Notes: generated by a model from the letters alone, not told the origin. A stretch of DNA of 64,000 nt from Chrysomallon squamiferum (GCA_012295275.1 CM022666.1:1860001-1924000); one strand, 5' to 3'; counted from the first letter of the stretch, positions 26,303 to 40,462 are shown. Numbers and translations are program-made.

Positions 26303-28138
26303 CACATTTTCACTGATTTAGTACCATTTCCATTGTAAGCACATTACAATGATCATTTCTTCTCCACAGTCAGATCAAACAGATGGACAAACATCAGCAA
26401 AAGACTTTGATCTCCGACTTAAGGAAAAGTGAAACACTGTCATCAGTCAACAGAACCACCTGCTCACGAAGCAGCAACATGTACCTCTTCAACATAGAGA
26501 CCAGTCTGATACCTTGCCACATCCTTCAACAATGCAGCAACAGCAACTTTCAAGAGAGATACGGGGAGAAAATCCTTTACAACAAAGTGACCAGGGGATT
26601 ACACCTCGGACTCGAAAACGCTGATCCTATTTGTCAACCACCAGCCTAACGAAAAATTTATTGCCCATAACAAAGGGAACTGAAACACAGCTGTTGTGTG
26701 TTTTTTGTTTGGTGTGCTAGATGTTCAAGATGGCTGTCTGATAATGGAGGTAATATTGAAAAGATGCTGTTTCAAGTTACAGTCGACAGCTGCTTGATGG
26801 AAACCCATTGTGGCAAGTTTCGTAACTAATGGGCCTCCTGTTAGATGTTTTTAATATTTTTGGTTGAGGACTGTCATGCAAGGTTAAAACTATATATATA
26901 TATATATTTATTTAACAATAAAAATAAGTACTAAAAATAACTGAATGCTGTCAGATTTCAAAATTATTAATACTGAATTTCAGTTCAAAGTGATTTTATT
27001 TCATAATTGTGTATAGTTTTATTCCATCAGTACATGACAAAATAAAAGAAAAATTATGTTTTAATCAGAGCTAAATTTAACATTTTTACACTAACTCCAA
27101 GAAAACTAGACCTAAGCTGGTGTTAGCTTTTCAATTAACCAACTACAACTATTTTATTACCAATTCAATTAACAGGACAATGTCCAGAGAGGTCTCAAAA
27201 CACCATGAAGATTTGTAAAGCCAAACAAACTAGGGTCAAAACTGATTTACACTTAAAAAAAAAAGTTTGAATCAAAGCTCTCAAATCAGTGAACACACAG
27301 ATTAACAGACAAAAGGGACTGTTGGACAGTCCCATTAAAGTTAAAGCTTTTAAGCAGGTGCGGACACGAAGTTTTACAAGAACGTGACAAAGAAAGAGAG
27401 TGGGACAAGACTTCATGAAATAATATATCCACTTAAAGTGATTCCATTGTGGTCATCACTTACAGTGATATACACTTAGCTGAGGACAGATGGACGTGAT
27501 GCCAGCACAATGGATACGTCCACGAGCCGACATGACCTTCGGCCACTCAAGCACGTCCCACCTGCATTGTAATTAAAGGTAAATGGGAGCTGGCACAGGT
27601 AAATACAACAACTGCTGGTCCGACTATCATACAATGGTGTCAAATTCCAGGTCTGAGTGTAACTGACTCGGCTGAACTGAAAGTTTGAGTTTCACATTAC
27701 CACGAGCAAACTTACCTGTTCAGCGTGGAGTAATCAGTGTACAGGTAAACTGAATTTCAGTGAAAACAACTAATTTATGTGATGGGTCTGGACAAATTCT
27801 GCCCACAGGCAATTTACCTGCTGCTGTTCTACTATTTTTGCTTGTTTGTAAACCAGGTTACTTGGTTCAGAAAACTGGATGAAAAAGTTTAATACAAAAA
27901 CATGTAGGTTATTCACGTTTGAAACAGACACAGTTGTACGCTGCATTTCTCGGTTCAGAAAACTGGGTATAAATATTTACCATGAATAAAAAATATCTGT
28001 GGGTTATAACCATTTCATATTAAAGTTTTCTTTTATTTTATGTAGAATGATGGGAATATATTTCAGCTTCCATGTGATGACATTTTATTTATTATTATTA
28101 TTTAAAAAAAAAAAAAAGAAGAAGAATTATATGAGTAT

Positions 28139-28189
<51 letters not shown>

Positions 28190-31100
28190 TTTGAAATGTT
28201 TATAAGGTAATTTTGAAAAGTTAACAATATCTGAAGACAAATTATCACATCTTCTTGAAGAAGTATAAACTAGATTATATATCTGGCTTCTTACAGTTAT
28301 TTTTCTGTTTCTGTACAATGAATACCTCCCTTTGAAATGAAGACAAACTAAATGCTTCATTGAGAATTAACAAACAAAAACAAAAATGATTCAGATTTTG
28401 TCAGTTTTTCATAACCACATCCATTCTTTTATTCTTGTTTTCACTTCTGCGTGAAGATATGCTCATCATTTTCTTTACAGAAAATATTATTATTAATATT
28501 ATAAGAATGTTTTAATGTAAATTTTATATTCTTCAAATGATTCTCTATGCGGCTAGTGTAAAGATTAGCAAATACCACATCAGGCTGACAACTGCAGTTT
28601 GGAATTAGACATAACCAGAACGATTTGATTCATCTCATCGGTTCTACGAGGACAGTGGCAAAGTGTGAAATAGCCAAACATCAGTCATCAAAGCCTGATG
28701 GTAAATGGAAAGTTGTGCAAAGAATCTGCACTCCAAAAAAAAAAAAAAGAAGATAAACAGTCCACTGGCACCTGAGTAAATAACTGCATTATTGAGATGA
28801 TCAGTGTATATGGGAGACAAAGTGGCTCTTGTTGCCCATCATACACATATCATCTCTGGAAGCTGGGACCTTGGGACTGCAGTTTTCCCAGGAGTCCTGT
28901 TATATCCAATGATATTTACTTGGGTTGCTGCTGTGGTAGGAGGGCATGCGACAAAGCAATAAACAAGAGGCCGATGCTGCCCACCACGGGCAAGCAGGAT
29001 CAATATTTACCAGAGCCGGAATGATTATGCGAGGTCACCAGAGGCCACTGATTTATAACTAACATGATTAGTGACTAATTGAACTGCACTTCACTTGCTA
29101 ATACAGGCCATTCCACGACTAGTAACACGCAGTTAAAACACTGCAGTCAGTTGTGCATGTATCACAATACACCAGAGATGTACTTGATGTTAAATTCTAG
29201 TCGCCCACCTCAGAATATTCCGATGGAATGGAGCAAAGGGAACAAGCAACCAATAAATAAGAGTTATCAGAATATTTTACTTCCCATTCCACTTTTTTTT
29301 TTTTTTTTTTAATCTTGGAAAAGGATTACACTGTTATTAATATGCACTGCCCTGCTCACATAATCAATATCTTCCTGCTAGTAAAGAAGCAAGAGTCAGA
29401 AATTTAATAGCCATTATTAAATAATGTCGAGATACCATTAAGCTAATATTTATGGCATATTTATGAAGGCTGTTTTTCTGCATTACAGTATTCAAGCAAT
29501 GTAAATATATTCTCCTACACATGTTCACGATTAGAATAAGCCTCATAAATTCAGCTCTTAGATTTTTTAGTTCTCTCTCTCTATTCTTTTTAACATGGAA
29601 AAGATATTTCCATGTAACCAAATGCAAGTAATGATGGCTCATACATATTTTTACGGCTTTTTTGTTTGCATGTTTTTTGAAAACATGTAAGGTAATTGGT
29701 TATCCTGATAGACTGAGTGATATTCAAGCTCAAATTTATCTTATTTCTAAACATAAAAAAAACATAAGAAAAAGAAAAGAGCAAAGTAATGAACTCTTAA
29801 CATCAGACATCAGTTCATTTGTCTTACTTTTTATCACTCTATCCTGAAGGCCCACAAAAACACTGAAATCTATAAATCATACTGCACGGAGGTAAAACTG
29901 GAAAGCCAACTGACAAAACACACCATTAGCCCTTCCTTCCCTTACAAATTTCCGTCTCATGTTACAGGGTACTTAATAATCAAACCTACATGCAAACGTG
30001 CATTGTAACTGCAGTGTTGAACAATAGCAATCACACGATACAGCTGAGATTGGAGACAATAAAATTCCTGCGATACTCAAGTCCGCTTAGCACTGGCTTT
30101 GATCATTTGAGCCCATCTTGTTAGAGAATCGTAAACCTGACATCTCCAATCAATACAGCGTCACAGAAAAACTGCTGCTCAAAGTTATGGCCAGCATTCC
30201 TGAACCGAAGGAATAAAGCTGGGTACAAGTGGACACAAATGAAGATGAGGAGGAGGATAAAGCATCTGGAACAATTTACAACCAACCTCATCTCTCTTAT
30301 TAAACAACAGAAGAAGAAGAAGAAAAAAAAACAAATTAGAAATGCAAAGCATGGCAATTTAAAACCTCATTCTTCTGAGAATTTTAACTGAAAATCTGAA
30401 GATAATTTACTGTAGAGCACATTAATGGAATAGCAGTGATTACACAAGGATCTGTTCCAATATAATTAATCTGGAATTGTTATAATTATTAACAAAAATT
30501 ACCTTACTTCATACAAAGACGGTCAACAAATTAAATGTTTTTACAAACTTGCCGATTTATTCATTAATTTATTTAATGAAAAGAAAAAATAAGATAAAGA
30601 AAAAACCAAACATTACAATTGGAAAATATGGCTAACAACTATTTGTACATTCACAACACATAAAATAATGTAACAAAAGTATTCTCTTACAACCACAACT
30701 GTCATTTGTTGGCAGTATTTTCTACAATTCTTTTATTATACCAATTCCTTCTTTCAGGAAGAATTATTACAAGTTTATTTATTGATATGTATATATCTGC
30801 TTTTATTATGTTGGTTTTTATTATTATTAAATAATTATATGCATCGATACTTTAACACACACACACACACACACACATACACACTCACACTCACACACAC
30901 ACACACACAGATACACACACACAGAGATACACACACACAGATACACACACACAAATTTTAAACTGAATTTTATTGGTGTTAAAAAAAAACAACAACAAAA
31001 AAAACTGTTTGGTGTATAAATTTTTCTTTCCCAAATCCAAATTGTCGATACTGTTTTCAAGAACTGCCCCTCTTTCCCTCTGTAATAATGATTTCGGTGT

Positions 31101-32912
31101 TTATGAAGAGATTATGCCCTCAATTTCAGAGCTGTTCCTGCCAGTAACAACAACAAACACTAGGTGGATGCCAGATCATTACAAAACAATTCCAAACAGC
31201 TCATCCAAGAAATGACAGCTGTGAACTGAGGACAGAGAGAAAATATCTGTCAGTGCAATGCAGTCAGTTATCAACAAGGTTGGCCTTCATCATTCCAATT
31301 AAATAAATGTCAACAATGTAGATACATGTGGTCTCGTACCAACTTTTTACACAATTTTTATACTTGTAGAAACTTTTTTTTTTTTTTTAACAGTTAGTGG
31401 AAAATTGATGGAAACCAAATCCTGCTTTTGCTTTTTAGACTGCATCAAAGAATAACAGGGTCTGGTTATCAACGGTTCAGAATATTACAACATGAACATG
31501 TTTATACTTGATGTAATAGTGTATTACTGCTTGTTTTTATTACAAATAGAACCCTTTGATTGCTACGTCTTTTTATCTGTACTGCATTATCTCTTTTGTT
31601 GATATTTTCTGTATCTACACCAATATTCAATATGAACTAAAAGCATTATTTATTTTTGTATGTTTCAACATAAGCTGAACAACTTAATCAAAATGTCATT
31701 AAACAGACATTTATTCATTCATTCGTGCTATTTTGATCTATACAAATGCATTTTCATTACCATGAGCTTTGAAATGTATGTTTATACTACAGAAAGAAAT
31801 ATTAACCTAGGAGTGGTTAGGATGTGGATTGAACTGTAATTTTAAGATGGTGTTCAGAAAACCCATGATTAAAAAAATTGTTATAACCTACATCATGATC
31901 AGTTATATAAATGGTCACGGTTACTGTAATATTTAAATATTAACATATTACTTTTTTATGAAGACAGGTGCTTCTTGTCGTAGCTATAAAGAATATTATT
32001 ATTTATTGATACAAAACAGATGATTTAAAAAATAAGAGCTTCTCTTATAAGAGTTCATCAGCCCCTCCTCAAAAACAAATCTTTTACCTATTTGATTAAC
32101 ACTCAAATCAGTAGCAAGGTCTGTCAAATATGTACAACACAAATAAACTAAAAGATCTGTTTACAAGACACATTCACTGAGTCTACTGTGATCAGTCTTC
32201 CCAGACAAAAGAACAAACACACCTACACTAATGTAGACGAGTGTCAACACTTAATCAACACCTTGCAGCGAAGAAGAAGAAATTAAACATTTTTCTGCTT
32301 AGCTCAATTTCATGACAGATTTTATTATCATCGCTAAATTGATAATTGTAACACCTGTCAGACAACGACTCAGGTAACAAATGAAGTGTTGACACCTGTG
32401 CTGTCTGCCAGGTAATCACTGAGTGACACATTAACCTCCAGCTACCCCCAAAGTAATCCTGTCACAGCATCTCAGTTATATAACTGTCCAGTAAGTTAAT
32501 AAAGAAAAGGAAACTAGATTATGGTGAATCATCCCTTCCTGTCTTACGAAATCAAATAACCCAGTTGTCTTCTTTTTATTCACCAAAGTTAACCTTATTA
32601 TGAGTAAAAAAAAAAAACATTATTTGCTAACAAAACATTTTCTCAATAGTTTTTTTTTTTAATTTAATCTTTTCAACATGTTTTTGTCCTCTTTTCTTTT
32701 CAATAAAAGCAACAAAAAAAAAAATAAGAATGTTGTTGCGACAAAATCAAATGATAAAAATAATATTTAATTAAACATGTCTTAAAATATGACTGCCATT
32801 TTCAAATTTTAAGTAAAAATGAACAATCTCTGTCACCATTGTACAATAAACTTCTGACTAGTGGTTTTAAAACTATAAAGATGAAAAGAAGGTAAATGAC
32901 AAAGTAACTCAC

Positions 32913-32992
32913 CTCGACCAGAATGTAGTAGTAATTATCCACAATGCGGTAATAATAAAACATGTCCACTTCCTCATCCATGAGAACCATGA
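32913..32992 (-). CDS. Candidate alternative N-terminal exon (ATG at 32990; MVLMDEEVDMFYYYRIVDNYYYILVE), donor phase 0
   Basis: Acceptor ttatttcacag|TCATGG and consensus donor GAG|gtgagt. 26 open codons from the ATG, in phase with exon 11394-11544. Confidence 0.6.
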
Positions 32993-33154
32993 CTGTGAAA
33001 TAACTTACTTTACAAATAAATATTCAAATAACAAAAAATACTGACAGGATATTCAAACAGGTGAACACATAAATAATACTGAAACATCCAATGAGGAAAA
33101 CATTTTTGTGTGTTTTAGGTTTTTTTGTTTTTTTTTTTATACAAGTTTCTTTCT

Positions 33155-33213
33155 AAGCAATTAAACCATCATTTTTCTCTTCAAGCAATTAAACCATCAG
33201 TTTTTCTCTCTTC
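33155..33213. repeat. Tandem duplication of about 28-31 bp (AAGCAATTAAACCATCA...TTTTCTCTTC) x2
   Basis: Units start at 33155 and 33183. Confidence 0.85.
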
Positions 33214-33915
33214 CAAACAGGTTCTGTCTTGCTTCAGACTGGTCTTCCCGTTCACTGGTGCCAACCAATAACTTATGTATCTCCAGAGATGAGGACAAAT
33301 TATTCAATACTGTTATCAATATGCACGTCAATATGGGAGAGTGGCTGCCTGCTTAGCCTGCATGTCTTAATTGTCCAGTGGGATGGAAGTGTGACTCCCC
33401 ACTACAGTCCAGGAATGTGTGTCGTCTGCTACAGTTCTGTGACATCTGTTAAACTCAAATCTGTCGTCTGCTTCCAGCCCTGCCCAAACTGTTAATGACT
33501 GCTACAAAAGCGGAACAGTTTATTCCAGTGAAGAGTTAACAGCAGAAACACAATTTTTTTTTATGGAATATTCCTTTAAAAAAATAAAAAAAAAAAAAAA
33601 AAAATCCTGTCCTTTTTTTTTTCTTTCTTCTTCTTTTTAGTAACACACTTCTACGTCTCCTCTTGTCATCACAGCGACTAATTCTGCACTAACTGGAAAC
33701 TGAATCTACACAACGCCGACAGAGTTCAAAGAGAAGAGAGAAAAAAACACACACACAACAGTGAAAGAGAAGCTTGGAGTACTCTAACACTAGCAGCCTA
33801 CACATGTAGTAAACTGACAGCCGGCTCAATGGGCCAATACAGGTTATGGTCAGTGAAGGGTTTCCCAGCCAATGAGAATGCGAGAAAGCTGGGGATATCA
33901 TCACTGAATAACAGG

Positions 33916-33946
<31 letters not shown>

Positions 33947-36778
33947 ACTGTGTGTGCCAGACTGTCAGGTCTGTAATTAACACATGGGCAGTGTGACTTG
34001 TCAGACAGTAGATAATTGTAGGGTACACGTCACAGTGCAAGCAGAGAGTCCCTGGCAGGCAATCCCAACTTGATTCCTTGCAAGCCCACAGATACAAACA
34101 CACAATCAAAGTCATCTGGAATTGATGGGGAAGTTTGGCACAGTAATACCAGTGAAAATGGGGTTGGATTAACAGTGAAAAAAACAACTGAATCCACCTG
34201 TGTCACACATTTATCATTAGAAAGACTGGTGAATTATTTTTATTATTATTTTTTTAAAGTGAATTCATGGAAGAAAAAGAGGTTTACATATATTATCTAA
34301 CATAACTCCACTTGATTTCACAATAACTACTATACAAATACATGATTTTTTTTTTTTTTTCTAAATCATAGATACATCTGATTATGAAGAAATTATTAGC
34401 AATTTTTAATCATATCATTTTCTATAAACTCTTTCTCCCCATCTGTCTCTTTTTTCTCTCATCCCTCCCTAACATACCAACTCACTACAACAGCAAAATA
34501 ACACAAAAATATAAATTACATTAGCTCTATCCACATTTTTGTTTATTTTTCACCTTTCAATACCTAATCACCGTATAAGCTACGAATCAAATGATTATGT
34601 ATTTCATTCATGTTTGTGAAAACTAAATAAAGTGAACCAACTTGTTTGTGTTATAATTACTGATGTTATCAAAGAGCATTAACAATATGCTGTACACACT
34701 TTATCCTGTATCTCTACATGTGGTAAGTAACACATGCATATACTAAATATGTACATCCTATTATTTTCCTGTACAACTCATTCATTGTTTGTTCCTAAAA
34801 TATTCTGTTTATTTTATTAAATGTCTGTCTTATTGTGTGAAGTAGTAGTAGTAGTTGTAGTAGCAGCAGCAGTAACCACTTCATGTAACATTGTTCTTCA
34901 ATAAAATAATGTTTTTAAATTTTTTTTTTTGGGGGGGAAAAAATAAAACTGAAGATTTAACACAGTAAGGTATTAAGTGCAGTTTCTACATGGAAACAGC
35001 TACAGCTGGCACTTGTTGTGTTAATTATTATTATGATAATTACTTTTCATTTATTTTACATTAAGTTAATTAGTCTCAAATCTAAGCAACCTAACAGTCA
35101 TTAATGTATCTAGTTAGGAAATGGAAAAAAAAAAAAAAAAACGCAAAAGAAAATACATTTTAATACTATCAGCCCTTTGAAATTACACTGGCGTTTCTTA
35201 ATTATCTCTTGAGACTGTTTTAATGAACAGGTCAAATGTTTTAATAATATGGATGGATGAATAAATGAATGATTAAATGGCTGTATTTATCACAAAAGAT
35301 GAATAAAAAATTAATGAAAATTATATAAAAAAATAAAAAATTCAAAATTGAAAATAAATAAATAATAATTTTTTTTTAAACGGATGGGAAGATGGATTAG
35401 AATAACAGATGAAGGAAAAGACAAATTCAAGGACACACAGAGATGTGTGAATAAACAAATTAATACGTGGATGTATGGATGGATGGAGAGATAAATAAAC
35501 TTTAAAATGACATAAAAAAACAAAACAAAAATAAAAACAAACTGTAAACATACACAGTTTGTGTCCGGATATTCTATGGGTGTGGGTATGTCAGTTTTTT
35601 CCACACACCATTAACAGCGAGTTAGTGTTACGTAATTTTCTGCATGTTGAGTTACAGGTATCTGGTATTTTATTCACACTGGCCAGTTTAAACAATCAGC
35701 TTCAACGTGCTGGCAAACATCTCAAACAAACCCACTAATCTGACAAGTCATACACGGGTATTTCATCTGAGGGTCTATCTTCATGTTATCTTCATGTCAC
35801 CTTAATAATATCTCCATATTATTTTCATCTTATCTTCACCTATACAATAACTATACAATAAACACCAATCTCTATCGCTAACATCAAATCCAGTACAAAA
35901 AAAAAAATTAAATGTTTTACTAAAAACAATTTTTTTAAATATTTTTAAACAACATTTTTCCAATCTATCACAGTTGATTACATATGTCAAAACACTTAGG
36001 ACACACCCATATGAACACAATGCCGTAACAAAACATCTTCGTGGCCCTTTTGAAGCTCTGATGACAACACGCGTGCATTAAACAAATTTTCATCAATACT
36101 TTTCAATGGGTGCAATCACTGTAAACACTGTGGCACACTTCTGCCAGGTAATGGAAACCAGCTCGTTTGTTGTGGCAGCCAGGTGTCAGCACTGAACTGT
36201 GTTGGGTGGACTGGCTGATTAGAACTATTACATTCACTTAAACAAAGCCGTTGGTATTAATTCTATCTCACTCGAGTGTATTTGCCTGTGATAGTTATAC
36301 TCGGGCGTGGTGAAATAAGCTTTTGTGCAAATTGTATTTATGAACAATAAACCCATCAAAGGGAATTTCTGGTTCACCAGTTTATGTTAGCTGTACACAA
36401 ACCATGAACAAAGGGGAATGTTTGGTACAAAAAAAAAAACAATCATTTTAAGAATGTTTTCGTGTCTTTTATTTAAAGATAAAGATAAAAAAAAAAAAAT
36501 TAAAAAAACATTAAAAAAAAATTAAAAAATTAAAATTAAAAATAGTTGACAGATGTCAGCTAAGCTAAATTAAAAACAGATTTCACAATGTAAAACAAAA
36601 TTTAAATAGTTATAAATGTTTATGTCATGTGTTAATGAGTGTGTAAGACTGAGTGGGTTTTCTGTATGCTTTTATTTTTATCAGTGAGCTGTAGAGTTGG
36701 AGGCAAGATGAATGAGGGTCAAGATAATTAGAAAGGGGAGAATGAAGAACAAAGATGGGGAAGGAATTAGCCTATATT

Positions 36779-37043
<265 letters not shown>

Positions 37044-40000
37044 AGTGAGTGTATGTATAGAATATACAGTCCAAGTGAATCTACGTCTGTCTCTCTGTTT
37101 TTTCTGGGTATATATATCTTCTTCTCTTTGTTATTCTGTGCGTGTATGTGAGTACACAGATGCTGGTGTATTTTGATAGTAAAAAATAAAAATTAATTAA
37201 AGACCAGGTTACAGATAACATCTATATAATTGCAGGAACCCCACCTCCTGCTGTTAAAAGAGGTGACATCTGATGAATGTGACATTTAGGTTACAGTCTA
37301 AAAAAACACTACTGGGCCTAGTACGTCTGTATAAACTAACTTTCCACCACATAGTGCAGCCTGCATAGTGAGCACACCTGTCTTCAGTCAACACGTCAAC
37401 CTCACAGACAGACCTCCAGAAAACACAGCCAGAAGACAGGTATGTTATGACAGACCCCACAAATGTATGGACAGCCAGATGGATGGTTTTGTGGACAGGA
37501 GGATTGGCAGTACTAAAACTGTTAGAGTTGAAGTAAAGAATAAATGACTGTTCGATTTAACAAAGATATTTAAATATCGAAATACATATTCTGCTAGCTT
37601 CTGGTACATTATTCAGTCAGTAAAATGAATGGATAGGTTCTACTGGGTAATGAAGCAGATCAGCACAAAGATATTTGAAAGAAAGCCTGAGAAACAGAAA
37701 CTATAAACAAAATCACAAAGTGTTCTCATTGTGAATTCTAATGTCATTTCATAAATAAATAAATAAACAAAGATCTGAAACGGGTTAAAAGTCTCTAAGA
37801 ATCTGACATTCGCTTCAGGCTTCCGACTGAATTAAAAAACTTTGACAGGCCCGCTGATCAAGAACCAGAGATGTATAACTGCAGTGTTTTTCAAAAACAG
37901 AGAGATGTCACAATACACTAGCAGGAAAAACAGTTCCATCTGATGGGTGGTGTGCCTGGGTAAACAGAAGAACAGTTAGGCTTGTGGACTGGCCCCTGGC
38001 TAAGGGGATTCGCTAGCAAGACGATGTTTTACAGCTGCAGCTATTTAATGTGTTAGGTAAACTGATGTACAAGGCAGTTTCCTGATGTTAAACAAAATAT
38101 ATAAAAGCTTATTTACAACATCAGCTTTGACCCACTTCCAGATTCCTGCCTAATATCCACTTATATATAACTATAATCAAAGAACAGCTTTATTATTAGT
38201 AGTAGTAGTAGTGTAGTAGTAGCAGTAGTGGTGGTAGTAGTAGTAGTTGTACAACCATCGATCACTCATTTTACAATTATTTTACTTGTTTTAGGGTTTT
38301 GCTATTATTAATGTTGTTGTTACTATCGTTGTTATTATTATTATTATTATTTTTGCTGTTGTTTGTTGTCAGTAGTGCTTTGTTTATTTATTTAAAATGA
38401 TTATTAACTCATACATAATAATAATTTTACTTAATATTTATTTCTTCTTTCAATGACAGTCGTCGACTGAACTGGAAAATAATCTGAACAAAAATCAAAT
38501 ATTTATTAATAGCATTTCTTCAACCACACTCTGTTTGCCTTATGTTGTAGATATTTTATGGGCTTATACTGAAGATATTTTAACAACACTGTAGCTGATA
38601 TCCTATTTTGTTAATGATCTCATAAACGACCTTCCTGTATTAATAATTATGTCCTGTTTTTCTTACAAGTCTGATTACATCACCATCCTCGTTGTGTGTG
38701 ATAAGCTGCAGGATGTACACGTAATTTTATTATTCTTAAAATACCAGATGTCTTAAAGCTTTTATATATTTAAATAAAACAAAATATTAGCTATAGGCTG
38801 ACAATGATGAATTTAAAAAAATAAAAATTTAATGGAGAAGAGATATCTTTTGTTAACAATGGTACTTTCACCAGAATTGTTCAACTTAAAGAAAATGATG
38901 AACATTTCTGGAATTGGGAAAAATAATAATTTCAGTGTTTCAAAACTGGCACAATAGAAGCATTTATAATACAATATCCCTTCATTCTGCTGACAGAGTA
39001 GAATAATAATTTGATCATCTCAAAACTGCCATGCTGTCACCAAGAGAAAGATTCACTATAAAGTTAGGTCCCCATGTCGAGACTGTCCATATTTCCAAAA
39101 GAAAAAAGATCCCCATTAATGTACAAAACCCTTTTTTCCAGAATAAAATAAAACAAACAACAACAATAATAATAATAAAGTGCTTTTTAAAACAAATCCC
39201 CATAAGAGCAAAAATTACCCAACTCCAAGCCTTTTCTAGAACGGGAAAAACACACAACAGTAACCTGATTGTCTCAGACAGGCCTGGCACTCCTAAGAGA
39301 CAGGACACAGCTAATGAACTCATTAACGTGAACATGCTAATTGCTGGTCAAGTGTCCAGCAGGACAAATTCATTTAGATGAATACAAGACTGTTATTGAT
39401 ACTCAAGTTCATTTCAGAAGGTGCAAACACAGATGTGGAGGGCTGCTGGACTAATGGCCGTTAAGAAAGTACATGTAATTCAAAACTATAATGAATTCCC
39501 TCTGTGTCAAAAGTTAATATGCAGTTAAAAATAATGGAGCTAAATCTTTACCATTTTGGAATAGTTTTCTATGGAAAAAAAACCCCACAAGAAAACATTA
39601 TTATTTTTATTTTTATTATTATTACTTTTTTTCATGAATGAACAAGGAACTGAAAAACAATGACACTGAAGATGTTTATACTTTACATGATATATATTTA
39701 ACAATTTAACAATTAATTTTATTATACATTAATGTAAATTTATTTTTATTTAATATTTTCACTTTATTATCATCATTTTCTTTTTCTATCCCAAAAAACC
39801 AAAAAAGTAAACATCTTCATGTTTATTACTTTAACTTCCAAAATAAACTCTAATGAAAACGTTGTTTTGGGGGTATTTTTTAGTTTATTTTCTTTCTTTT
39901 TTCTTTCTTTTTTTTCTCTTTTTTTCTTCTTTTTGTTTTCTTTAATAACTCCTTTCACACATTTTTCAAGATACGTAACTCACAAAATGTTCTTACACGC

Positions 40001-40107
40001 TGTAGATAACTGTTCTCCGCAGCTCCCTGCTACAGTTAACAAGTCAGTGCCAGTAATTAAGACTTGACTAGCAGCAGGAACTGACATGTGATGGTGACAA
40101 GCCAGGC

Positions 40108-40170
40108 AATGGAGTAAATTAACTACACTATCTGGAGCTGTCATTAAGATCTCGTTAATTCTACTCCATT
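40108..40170. repeat. Inverted repeat / hairpin: 16-bp stem with one bulged base and a 30-nt loop
   Basis: AATGGAGTAAATTAAC (40108-40123) pairs with GTTAATT(C)TACTCCATT (40154-40170). Confidence 0.85.
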
Positions 40171-40184
40171 ATGGACGAGGAGTG

Positions 40185-40218
<34 letters not shown>

Positions 40219-40403
40219 AATATGGAAAGATGATTGGAGACAGTCCTAATATTTTGATCAGTAAAACCAAACTGCTTTGTCAAAAAAAAAAAAAAACATT
40301 TATTAATTTAGATGAATTATATTTAAATCAGTTTATGTACTAGGAAATTATGAAGCTATAGGTAAATATTTTCTTATTATCATCAACAGTCTCTCTCTAT
40401 ATA

Positions 40404-40462
<59 letters not shown>

